DNA of 64,000 nt. It comes from Tetramitus jugosus. Taxonomy: Eukaryota > Protista > Heterolobosea. Below the pieces are notes generated by a model. The model did not search any database. It was not told the origin of the DNA and saw only the letters and a list, made by a program, of their open reading frames with translations. The position numbers and the translations under genes are program-made. This document shows, one piece after another, positions 9,012 through 17,730 of this stretch. Position 1 is the first letter of the stretch. Every line of letters starts with the position of its first letter. Where the stretch lies: NCBI GenBank assembly GCA_937625935.1, contig OW569348.1:248001-312000 (forward strand), in the 5' to 3' direction.

Positions 9012-10871
9012 ATGAATGCACTCGAGCAGCCATCATCGATTCAAGATAGCATACACGCAGCAGAAACAGCAGAAGACAAGGAATCTTATCGTCATGGTCT
9101 CTCTTCTCTGAGAGAAGAGTCCATCTGTGTTCAGGAACCATTGTTCAACAGTCCACTGAGTTCATTGTCTCATCAGGATGCTGCGACAAAGTTTTTTGGT
9201 ATAAAGGTGAAAGAAGACGAGTTGGCAACCATCGCTCTGGAGCCGGAGGATATGGTTGACCTAACTTCGACCTCCAGAACAATGAAGGAGAAGTTGATGT
9301 CCTCATTCCATCGAACAAACAACCAAAATGAAATGGAAGGAGAGAAATCTAAAAGTACTCCATTACCTATGGCATCGATTCTTACGGTGGTTGTCGTGTT
9401 TCTATGCGAGGGATTCGTCTACACGTTTCTGTTTCCGTTCGTTGGTTTCATGATCATGGATTTCGGTATGGTGAAGGAGGAATCAGAGTCTGGGTACTAT
9501 GCTGGATTGTTGACTGGAGCGTTTGCCATCGCAGAGTTCTTTTCTGGGTTCGTGTTTGCTGTTTTAGCGGACAGGATTCCCAAGAAGTTGCTGGTTCTCG
9601 TTAGTACACTCGGTTGTGGAGTTTCTATTCTTTTGTTTGGTCTATCTCCGAATTATTGGACAGCACTCGTTGTTCGAGGCGTGAATGGAGCGTGTTCAGG
9701 ATCTGTATGTGTGACAAAGGCCTACATTTCTGATATCACGGACTCCACGAATCAAGCTCGAGCATTTGCATTGGTGACTGTAGGATGGGGATTAGGAGCC
9801 ATGGGAGGACCAGCAGTGGGAGGTTTTCTCTCATCTCCAGTGTCCAAGTATCCCAAAGCGTTTGGAAAATCTCGCTTATTCAAACGATTTCCCTATCTAT
9901 TGCCTTGTTTGTTTGCCAGTGTATTATTGTTTGTGGGAGCAGTCATGGTTGGGTTATTCATGAATCAACGAAAGTCGGACAGTTGTCTCAAACAGAAACA
10001 AGAAGACAATGAAGAGATGAAGAGTATGGAAGTCCAGGAAGAAGGGAACAACGCGGGAGAAGAAATTGCATCGATAGATCGACATGAGAGAAACAACAAT
10101 AGAGAACGAGAAGCACATGAAGCACATGAACCAATTCAGCTGATCGATGTTCCCTTCCGTCGCCGTTTGATCACTTCGGTCAAGAACGAAACCAAAACAA
10201 CCATTAAGCTCATGTACAACTTTGAAGTAGCTGCTACCATCCTCTTGTATGGACTCTATCTCGTCGTAGAGATCTTCCAGGATGAATTGTTGCCGCTGTG
10301 GTCCATGATTGATACCTCGAAGGGAGGTCTCGGTTTCTCAACCATTCAAATCGGTTTCGTCCAGACCATCCTTGGCTTTCTGTACTTGGTTTTGCCTGTT
10401 GCGTACGAGTTTCTTGCAAATAGAATTGGTCACTTGAATTGCATGCGATACGGATTTGCAATGATGATTGGACTCATGTTCACACCTCAGATAGCTCTGT
10501 TGAATCGAAACAAGGCGATTCTGTGGATAGCATTTACCTTCTACTCGTTTGTGAGAGCTCTCAGTGGAACAATGACTTTCACTGCAGCAGTGTTGCTCGT
10601 GAACAATGCCGCTCCACTCGGATCAACTGGAAAAGTGATGGCAATCAGCAACTCCAGTGGTTGTTTAGCAAGGTTCATCGCTCCGTTTGTTGCTGGGCCT
10701 GCCTTGGCAATCAGTGCGGATCTGGCACACAAATTTCATTTCCCATTGTTGCTCAACATTCCATTCGTGATGTTCTCAGTTATTAGCTTGGTTTCGATTC
10801 TAATTAGCTTGCCTCTGAAACCAACGCTCAACGTACCCAAGAAGGAACAAGAGGAAGAATCATTGTTTTAA
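9012..10871 (+). CDS. MFS transporter, ZIF1/ZIFL-like (DHA1-related)
   Basis: About 12 hydrophobic segments; LFPFVGFMIMDFG, GYYAGLL, ADRIPKK, GPAVGGFLSSP, FPYLLPCL. Confidence 0.9.
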   Translation: MNALEQPSSIQDSIHAAETAEDKESYRHGLSSLREESICVQEPLFNSPLSSLSHQDAATKFFGIKVKEDELATIALEPEDMVDLTSTSRTMKEKLMSSFHRTNNQNEMEGEKSKSTPLPMASILTVVVVFLCEGFVYTFLFPFVGFMIMDFGMVKEESESGYYAGLLTGAFAIAEFFSGFVFAVLADRIPKKLLVLVSTLGCGVSILLFGLSPNYWTALVVRGVNGACSGSVCVTKAYISDITDSTNQARAFALVTVGWGLGAMGGPAVGGFLSSPVSKYPKAFGKSRLFKRFPYLLPCLFASVLLFVGAVMVGLFMNQRKSDSCLKQKQEDNEEMKSMEVQEEGNNAGEEIASIDRHERNNNREREAHEAHEPIQLIDVPFRRRLITSVKNETKTTIKLMYNFEVAATILLYGLYLVVEIFQDELLPLWSMIDTSKGGLGFSTIQIGFVQTILGFLYLVLPVAYEFLANRIGHLNCMRYGFAMMIGLMFTPQIALLNRNKAILWIAFTFYSFVRALSGTMTFTAAVLLVNNAAPLGSTGKVMAISNSSGCLARFIAPFVAGPALAISADLAHKFHFPLLLNIPFVMFSVISLVSILISLPLKPTLNVPKKEQEEESLF

Positions 10872-10897
10872 GATTATTTGAGGTAAAAGTTATTTAT

Positions 10898-11137
10898 TTA
10901 CAAGTTTCTATTGGAAGTACTGGTAGTACTTGTCTTCTTTGTAGTTGTGGTAGAAGTGGTTGAAGCGTGTGGAACAGCAGGGGATGGCGTAGTTGCATTG
11001 TGAATCTTGGCCTTCAAGTTTTCCTTGGTGCTGTGCATTTTCTCTCCCATAGTTGGCTTCACTTGGGTTGATTCGACTCTGTGGGTGTTTCCTGCAGAGT
11101 CAGTAGTGGAACTTTCAACGTGCTTGTATTCGACCAT
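10898..11137 (-). CDS. Small hydrophilic T/S/K-rich protein (LEA/hydrophilin-like)
   Basis: 79 aa, good ATG context (AAAACCATGG), no Cys/Trp/Phe, amphipathic GEKMHSTKENLKAKIH. Confidence 0.6.
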   Translation of the reverse strand: MVEYKHVESSTTDSAGNTHRVESTQVKPTMGEKMHSTKENLKAKIHNATTPSPAVPHASTTSTTTTKKTSTTSTSNRNL

Positions 11138-11427
11138 GGTTTTAATGTTGCTTTGGGTATTATATATGTTAGTAGTTGCTACTTTTCTTGTTTTGATTTG
11201 AACTTGCCTGTTGAATTTCTTTTTTTTAAATGAAGGAGGGAGTTGACTTTGTTGACGTCATAAAAACAGACCTCTGATTGTATTCATTGCAAAAATAAAG
11301 AAAATTTCCCCGAAAACAAAAATACAGATTGTATGCTTGATCCGAAGCTTTTCACCAAAGATCTGAACAGTTCCACACCAATACAAGAAAGTCACAAGTA
11401 GCGTTTGTACGTATCAACGATTTTAAA

Positions 11428-12144
11428 ATGGTTGAGAAAGATCTCCAAAAGTCCAAACAGCAGATTGAGAACCTGGAGCAGTACCAGACCACGTCGCTGC
11501 ACTTTGGTCCTCACAAGCAAGACAAAATCTACTCTGTACAGAGAGAAACTCTCAAGGATGGATTGAAGCTATTGAGTGACACCTATGAGAACATTTATTC
11601 TGTTTACAATCAAGAACTGTTAACTACAAAGGACAAGTACGGACGAAAGAACGCGCTTCAAATATTGATCAGACTCTTGGCCATTCAGTTGGCTGTGGAA
11701 GATGCACTGCTCATTCCCATGGCACATGATATCCTGGAGGATGGATTCAGGTGGAGCGAGATGTGTCGCAACGGAATTCAAACAATGAAAGACATGATGG
11801 TCCAACTGTGGAAATCCATCGGAACGAGTGAGTTTACAGATGAGACAGATAAAATGGTTCATCAATTGTTTGATGACAAGCTGGAAAAGCACAAAGATGT
11901 GATCCTCAAGTCGATACTGCCCCTGTTGAGTGACAAGTTGACTCCCTTCCAAAAAGATACAATGTATCAATTAATTAGTAATGCAAATGCACAGGAGAAA
12001 CACTTCCCCATGTCAGAGTTGAACATGAACTGGCTGACTGGACATGATATGAACTTGTTTGAGAAGTTTGTCGAAGAGATCAAGAAGGACAAGCACCACA
12101 TTGAAAAAACAACCTTCTCACCAAAACTTGGCTATCATAAGTAA
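11428..12144 (+). CDS. Hemerythrin (HHE)-like four-helix protein with degenerate metal ligands
   Basis: Spacing of DGLKLLSDTY…LIRLLAIQLAVEDALLIP…LEKHKDVILKSILPLL parallels the HHE pattern D-x-LL-xx-DH…H-xxx-EE-xx-LYP…H-xx-EEE-xxx-LP. Confidence 0.55.
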   Translation: MVEKDLQKSKQQIENLEQYQTTSLHFGPHKQDKIYSVQRETLKDGLKLLSDTYENIYSVYNQELLTTKDKYGRKNALQILIRLLAIQLAVEDALLIPMAHDILEDGFRWSEMCRNGIQTMKDMMVQLWKSIGTSEFTDETDKMVHQLFDDKLEKHKDVILKSILPLLSDKLTPFQKDTMYQLISNANAQEKHFPMSELNMNWLTGHDMNLFEKFVEEIKKDKHHIEKTTFSPKLGYHK

Positions 12145-12154
12145 TAAAATGCAT

Positions 12155-12228
12155 TACAGGCTATGAGAATCGAACTCATGACCTTAACGGTGTAAACGTT
12201 ACGTTCTAACCGACTGAACTAAGCCTGC
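12155..12228 (-). tRNA. tRNA-Val (TAC)
   Basis: Minus strand GCAGGCT-TA-GTTC AGTCGGTTA GAAC-G-TAACG TTTACAC CGTTA-AGGTC-ATGAG TTCGATT CTCAT-AGCCTGT-A. Confidence 0.95.
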
Positions 12229-12400
12229 AGATACTACTTACAATTTTTCTACTTTTCTGCTCCAGTCCGGTCGCGAACAGGTGCCAATACGGCAATGTCA
12301 AGTGTTGCGTGGGCTAGAGAACGAATATGGGAATCTCGACTGGAGCGTAGCACCTCATCAAACCAACTATCGACATAGGCCGAGGCCGGGCAACTAACCA

Positions 12401-12595
12401 GGTGCGAAGGAAAGGTTGTGAGGCGACCACTGCCGTGAATTGCTGCAAGGAATGATGGGCATAGAAACGGATGCCATCATGGAGGAATGAAGAAGTCAGT
12501 GGCCCAAAAGAAAGCCAAAACGTACGTGAAAAGTGTAAAGAGAGGTCTTAAGACTCTCCACCATCTGTTCACAAAAACGAAGGATAAATGTAATC
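12401..12595 (+). mobile_element. Degraded non-LTR retrotransposon fragment, copy B (may extend 5' to about 12260-12285; 3' UTR and poly(A) missing)
   Basis: Colinear with the reverse complement of about 8559-8800 (e.g. GCTGCAAGGAATGATGGGCATAGAAACGGA, GTCTTAAGACTCTCCACCA, ACGAAGGATAAATGTAATC) with short deletions. Confidence 0.85.
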
Positions 12596-12657
12596 CTCGA
12601 GTGTGGGCATTCGAAAAAATTAGGAATTTTCTTTTTGTCAATTTTAACTTCAAAAAA

Positions 12658-12990
12658 ATGAAGGTTGAATTTCATGTGACATTCGTGTCCAACACCATTA
12701 CACTCGATCCATCTCGCTTTGACTTCCAAGCACAGAGCAACGATGCCAATCTATCACACATGATTGAACAATTGGAAGCTGTTCGTGACCAATCAATTGC
12801 CTTCATTGAACAAATTGCCAGAGCACAAAGAGCCGCTCAACCACAAGCAGCAAACAACAACAGGAAAAAGAAGAGCAACAAAGATGAAGAAGATGATGAA
12901 AATCTAGATGGTGATGATGACATCGATGAAGATCAAGAGGACGAACAAGTAGAAGAGCAATCCCCACAAAAAAAGAAGCAAAAACTGTAA
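12658..12990 (+). CDS. Small acidic protein, possible KEOPS subunit GON7-like
   Basis: 110 aa from AAAAAAATG: N-terminal beta-hairpin-like segment, helix [22 protein letters not shown], acidic DENLDGDDD tail and basic NLS-like end. Confidence 0.5.
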   Translation: MKVEFHVTFVSNTITLDPSRFDFQAQSNDANLSHMIEQLEAVRDQSIAFIEQIARAQRAAQPQAANNNRKKKSNKDEEDDENLDGDDDIDEDQEDEQVEEQSPQKKKQKL

Positions 12991-13057
12991 ATTTCCCCGC
13001 CAAAACAAAAAACTTGTCTTTCACACAAAAAGCTTTCGCCACAGTTCAAACATCACA

Positions 13058-14962
13058 ATGCTGCTTCGACAACAATTGAGCAAGAGATATCATCATGGCA
13101 AAATAACGACACAACTTCTCATTGGCCAACCAACCAAACGCTTCTTCTTCATCTCACCTCCCTCACTGCACAACAACAACAACAACAATCATCATTCTGC
13201 AACAACAACAACAACAATAGCTGAAAATGCATCTGCTCAAACAACAAGAGACGAAAAACCATGGATGAAAGGACCCGGTCTGAGTGACTTTATCAACAAA
13301 CATAATCACCACCACCATGATGAACAAGGTGAAGTATCAGTGCCATCGAGTGTGGATCACTATTTGGATCAACATCAGAGACAACAACAACAGCAACAAG
13401 AAATCTCTGTTGTGGCTCCTCCTTTGAGAAGAGTGTTTATTGAGACTTATGGTTGTCAAATGAATGTCAGTGACACTGAAATCATCTTGAGTGTGATGAA
13501 TAAGGCTGGTTATGACAAGTGTGATACGTTGGAAGAGGCAGATGTCGTGTTTTTGAACACGTGTGCCATTAGAGACAATGCAGAACAAAAGGTTTGGCGT
13601 CGATTGGAGTATATCCGAGATTTGAAGTCGTTGAATCGATTCTCCAATCAACAAAAGAAACAACCACTCGTCGGAGTATTGGGCTGCATGGCAGAGAGAC
13701 TCAAGACAAAGTTGCTCGAGAAGGAAAAGTTGGTGGACGTGGTGGCAGGACCTGATGCTTACAGAGATCTTCCCAGATTGTTGCACATTGTGGATCATGA
13801 AGAACAGCAGCATGCTGTAAATGTTCTATTGTCGGCTGATGAGACGTATGCTGACATTGCACCGACTAGAACATCGGACAGTGGAGTCTCTGCATTTGTT
13901 ACAATCATGAGAGGCTGTGACAACATGTGTTCCTACTGTATCGTTCCATTTACGAGAGGAAGAGAGAGAAGCAGACCGATAGAATCAATTCTGGAAGAAG
14001 TGAAACAATTGTCGGATCGAGGATTCAAGGAAATTACATTGTTGGGACAGAATGTGAACTCTTATTGTGATCAGGGCTCAAACAATGAAACGGAATCAGA
14101 GGGAATGGGACTGTCCAATGACGGAACACCAGTGTTGAGCAATGAGGGATTCAAAACCATTTATAAACCAAAGAAGGGTGGTATCAGGTTTACAGAGTTG
14201 GTTGATCGAGTGTCCAAGATTGATCCAGAAATGAGAATTCGATTCACTTCCCCTCATCCAAAAGACTTTCCAGATGACTTGTTGCGATTGATTCGCGATA
14301 GACCCAACGTCTGCAAACAAATTCATATGCCAGCTCAAAGTGGGAACACTGAAGTATTGGACAGAATGAGAAGAGGCTACTCAAGAGAAGCATACCTCGA
14401 ATTGGTTGACAATATACGAACTACGATACCAGGTGTTGCTCTGTCCAGTGATTTTATCTCTGGATTCTGCGGTGAAACAGAGGAGCAACATCAAGACACT
14501 CTTTCATTGTTGGATCAGGTACAATATGAACATGGATTCCTATTTGCGTACTCATTGCGAGAGAAGACACATGCCCACCGAAAGTATTCGGATGATGTGC
14601 CAGAGGATGTAAAGAAGAGAAGATTGGCCGAAGCAATTGAAATATTCAGAAAGCGAATGATTCAAAAGCTGGAAGCTCAAATTGGAAAGACTCACCTCGT
14701 GTTGGTCGATGGAACAAGCAAGAGAAGTCAGGAGGAATGGATCGGTCGAACAGACACAAACTTCAAAGTGTTGTTCAAGAAGGGCAATTTAGCACTAGAT
14801 GAAGAAATACGGAGTGAGACTGATGAGTCCGTGTCACAAGTCAAAGTCGGTGACTACATTCAAGTCAAAATCACATCGGTCAGTGGAGCGACACTGCGAG
14901 CGGAACCAATCTGCAAGACGACACTGGCATCATTCACAAGAAGACAATCTCAAGTCATATAA
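13058..14962 (+). CDS. CDK5RAP1: Mitochondrial tRNA methylthiotransferase CDK5RAP1/MiaB
   Basis: [24 protein letters not shown], radical-SAM [16 protein letters not shown]-terminal TRAM-like region, Arg-rich presequence. Confidence 0.95.
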   Translation: MLLRQQLSKRYHHGKITTQLLIGQPTKRFFFISPPSLHNNNNNNHHSATTTTTIAENASAQTTRDEKPWMKGPGLSDFINKHNHHHHDEQGEVSVPSSVDHYLDQHQRQQQQQQEISVVAPPLRRVFIETYGCQMNVSDTEIILSVMNKAGYDKCDTLEEADVVFLNTCAIRDNAEQKVWRRLEYIRDLKSLNRFSNQQKKQPLVGVLGCMAERLKTKLLEKEKLVDVVAGPDAYRDLPRLLHIVDHEEQQHAVNVLLSADETYADIAPTRTSDSGVSAFVTIMRGCDNMCSYCIVPFTRGRERSRPIESILEEVKQLSDRGFKEITLLGQNVNSYCDQGSNNETESEGMGLSNDGTPVLSNEGFKTIYKPKKGGIRFTELVDRVSKIDPEMRIRFTSPHPKDFPDDLLRLIRDRPNVCKQIHMPAQSGNTEVLDRMRRGYSREAYLELVDNIRTTIPGVALSSDFISGFCGETEEQHQDTLSLLDQVQYEHGFLFAYSLREKTHAHRKYSDDVPEDVKKRRLAEAIEIFRKRMIQKLEAQIGKTHLVLVDGTSKRSQEEWIGRTDTNFKVLFKKGNLALDEEIRSETDESVSQVKVGDYIQVKITSVSGATLRAEPICKTTLASFTRRQSQVI

Positions 14963-15026
14963 AACAGAACGACGTCGACTGAACAACACACTCTTTTTAT
15001 TGTTGATGATTGCAACGGGAGTGAGT

Positions 15027-15650
15027 CTACACACCAGACAATTCCTTGTCAATGAGTTGCATATTGTCCTTCAACACTTGCCATGCGTTGATATCAAGAG
15101 CAATACCCTTCTTCGTTGGCAACATTTGTCCATCCTTTTCATAAAATTCTCTCATGTTGACATAGGCTCGTCCCTTGAACGTCGTAATCGACAATCGCTT
15201 CTTCGAACTCAAATCAAAATATCTCTCTCCAGAGTGCTTATCCACTCTCCAATTAGTCGAATACTTGTTTTGTTTTATGTTTTCAGTGCTGCTCAGTGAA
15301 GTTGTTGGCTTCACCTTCTTCTTTGGTGGCGCATCTACGTCTTCTTCCTTGAACACGTTTGAAAATTTGTTTTTGACCGGCTTGTTGTTTTCATTCTCTA
15401 CTTTTATGGTGGAGGATTGCGATGATTGCGACGATGATTGTGTTGTTGTTGTTGTTGTTGTTGGTTCTTCCATTTCTCCTAGAATTTGATTCGCAACTTC
15501 ACTGATTCTCTTCTTTTCGCTAATCAATGAACACTTGTGAATGGTTTCGAGGTGTTTTCTGACGGATTTGAGTGATTCTTCACCACCGTTTTTAAAGTAG
15601 GATCTGAGATCCTTTTGCATTTGTTCGGTTGTCAAGTCTTGTCCCTTCAT
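15027..15650 (-). CDS. Transcriptional coactivator PC4/SUB1 with N-terminal DEK-C-like domain (KELP-like)
   Basis: FDLSSKKRLSITTFKGRAYVNMREFYEKDGQMLPTKKGIAL is the PC4 ssDNA-binding domain. Confidence 0.9.
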   Translation of the reverse strand: MKGQDLTTEQMQKDLRSYFKNGGEESLKSVRKHLETIHKCSLISEKKRISEVANQILGEMEEPTTTTTTTQSSSQSSQSSTIKVENENNKPVKNKFSNVFKEEDVDAPPKKKVKPTTSLSSTENIKQNKYSTNWRVDKHSGERYFDLSSKKRLSITTFKGRAYVNMREFYEKDGQMLPTKKGIALDINAWQVLKDNMQLIDKELSGV

Positions 15651-15890
15651 GTTGTTGTATTATGATTTTGGTTTATTTTTTTTGGCGTGGTGTTATTCTT
15701 GAATTTTCTTGAACTGGTTGAATTCTCTCCGTTTACGTTGAATGTTCAATGTGCAGAGGAGAATTGTTTTTGTGCATCAAGAATTTATCGCTCACCCATC
15801 CTCCTGTTTTTTCGACTTTGGTTGGAGGGGGCAAAACCAAATCACACGGCACAGGTGTCCTCTCTCAACTCATTCTTGTCACCACATCAA

Positions 15891-17542
15891 ATGGACATGA
15901 CACAACAAGCTTGTCTCAATCGCAGACTCTCTATTCTCTCTTCTCATGTCAACCCCCACTCAACACAACAACAACTTCAACAATTGGAAGAGCGTCACAT
16001 GATTCACAGCCATGCTTGCTCTGCAGAAAACACAACAGACAACTCTGCCTTATTGGAAGAAGCCATCGAATCAGACTTGTAGTAAGTACTTCTGTTGTAC
16101 AACTAAAAAGCTTAAAAACACGTTGCGCGGATTCTTTCCCCTTGTTCTTTGAGCGCCCAAAAAAATCTACAGCTTTTTTCTCTGACACCTTTTTTCTTGT
16201 GTACAACAGTGATCAATCCCTCGAGAGTGAAAAGCAAGCCAACAAGGAGATTAATATCGTCATCTCAAAGGACAAGCAAACCAATGACTATCTAATTGAG
16301 CCCATTGAGGACGAATTGAGCTTTGATCAAGGATTTTTCTATGCAGTGAGAGCGATTCAAGAGCTGAAGCGTGTGAGAGCTCAGGACAAGAATAACACCT
16401 CTTGTGGCAATGTCATTGTTGTTGGTATTTCTGGTCCAGCAGGTGCAGGAAAAACTTTTTTGGCCAAAAAGCTTTCCTCTGTTGTTCATGGTCTCGTTAT
16501 CTCCATGGAGAGATTTGTGAGAGTAGAGCAGGCAATTGATCAAAATTTTGAAGATGTTTCCTTGGTTGACTTTGAGACATTGAAGAACTTGATTGGTCGA
16601 TTCAAGAAGGGTGAGACACCACTCACCGTACCGAAAATCTCCTTCCAAAAGAGAAAGGTTCTAGGTCAACACACTGTCCATATGCCAACAGGCAGAGTCA
16701 TCTTTTTGGATGGTCTCTATGCATTGCACAAGAATATTCGATCCATGCTCGATTTGACAATCTCTGTGAGTGGAGGTGTCCATTTGGATTTGTTGAATCG
16801 TGTCATGAGAGAGATAACTCCAAAGAGAAATACAATTGAAAAGATTACATCAATTGTTTTTCCAATGTACAAGGCCTTTATAGAGCAGGATATGAGATCA
16901 GCAAAGATTCGAATCACTGGTAACTACAATCCTATGAATACGATTGCTGACCCATTGTATGTCTGCAGAGCCAAGTACTCGGATGTTCATGTCGAGATTG
17001 AAAATTTTTTGAAGCAACAATCACAGACTGATTCATCAACTCAGAGCACCGAGTCCAGGACAAAGAAGTTCAAAGACATTTACTTGTACCCTCCAAAGTA
17101 TGATCCCTCCTCCAGCAGTAGATCCGACCGTCAAAAGTGGATTCGTATTCGTAACTCCAATGGTCAATTCTACATTTATTTCTACAATGAGATGATGAAT
17201 AGTGTGGTCAATATCAGGCCTCAACTCTATTTTGAAATATCAGTGAAGACACTGGGTGGTTTGCTATCTCTTGGCTATCAGATTGGTGCTGTGATTGACA
17301 GAGAAACAACTGTTATTTATGATAAGGATGCTGTTCAAATTACAATTGAGAAGATCATGGGTGGTGACTATGTGCAAATCAAAGGAAAGGACCGGAATAA
17401 GGTGATCAAGTTTGCTGAGGAGCTCAAAATGAGCGAACATCATATTCCTCAGAGCTTCTTGTACTTGCATTTCAGAGACTTGGCTCTTAAGAAGAAGAAT
17501 GCAAGACAAGAAAGAAGTTATCCTGTTGATGAGGCACGATAA
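15891..17542 (+). CDS. Uridine-kinase-like plus CYTH domain protein (plant TTM1/2, Dictyostelium udkC type) with N-terminal PTS2; exons 15891-16081 and 16210-17542
   Basis: LSFDQGFFYAVRAIQ, P-loop GPAGAGKT, VSGGVHLDL, FPMYKAFIE, DIYLYPP, WIRIR, FEISVKTLGGLLSLGYQI, YVQIKGKDR. Intron GTAAGT(16082)…ACAG(16209) joins the frames. Confidence 0.85.
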
Positions 17543-17730
17543 ATTGCAAACGATATTCGGTGGTAAACACTCCTTCTATTTTTTTATTGACACAGTGACA
17601 AACCAAAGCAAAGGCGATTCTGCTCATCAATTTATCAATTTGGTACCTAGTGATTGAACAGTGTAAGAAGTTCCTCGATCGTGTTTATTTGAAGTATTTA
17701 CATTGTATGTATTTCGGGTCAAACATATTA

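Noticed and set aside
12487-12657. Apparent LINE-host fusion ORF (167 aa)
   Set aside because: The frame runs from retroelement debris through an AT-rich promoter-like stretch. The ATG at 12658 has the A-rich context typical of genes here, so the read-through is probably chance.
14819-14850. CTGATGAGTCC hammerhead-like core
   Set aside because: No matching stem II or GAAA, and it lies inside the CDK5RAP1 coding sequence.
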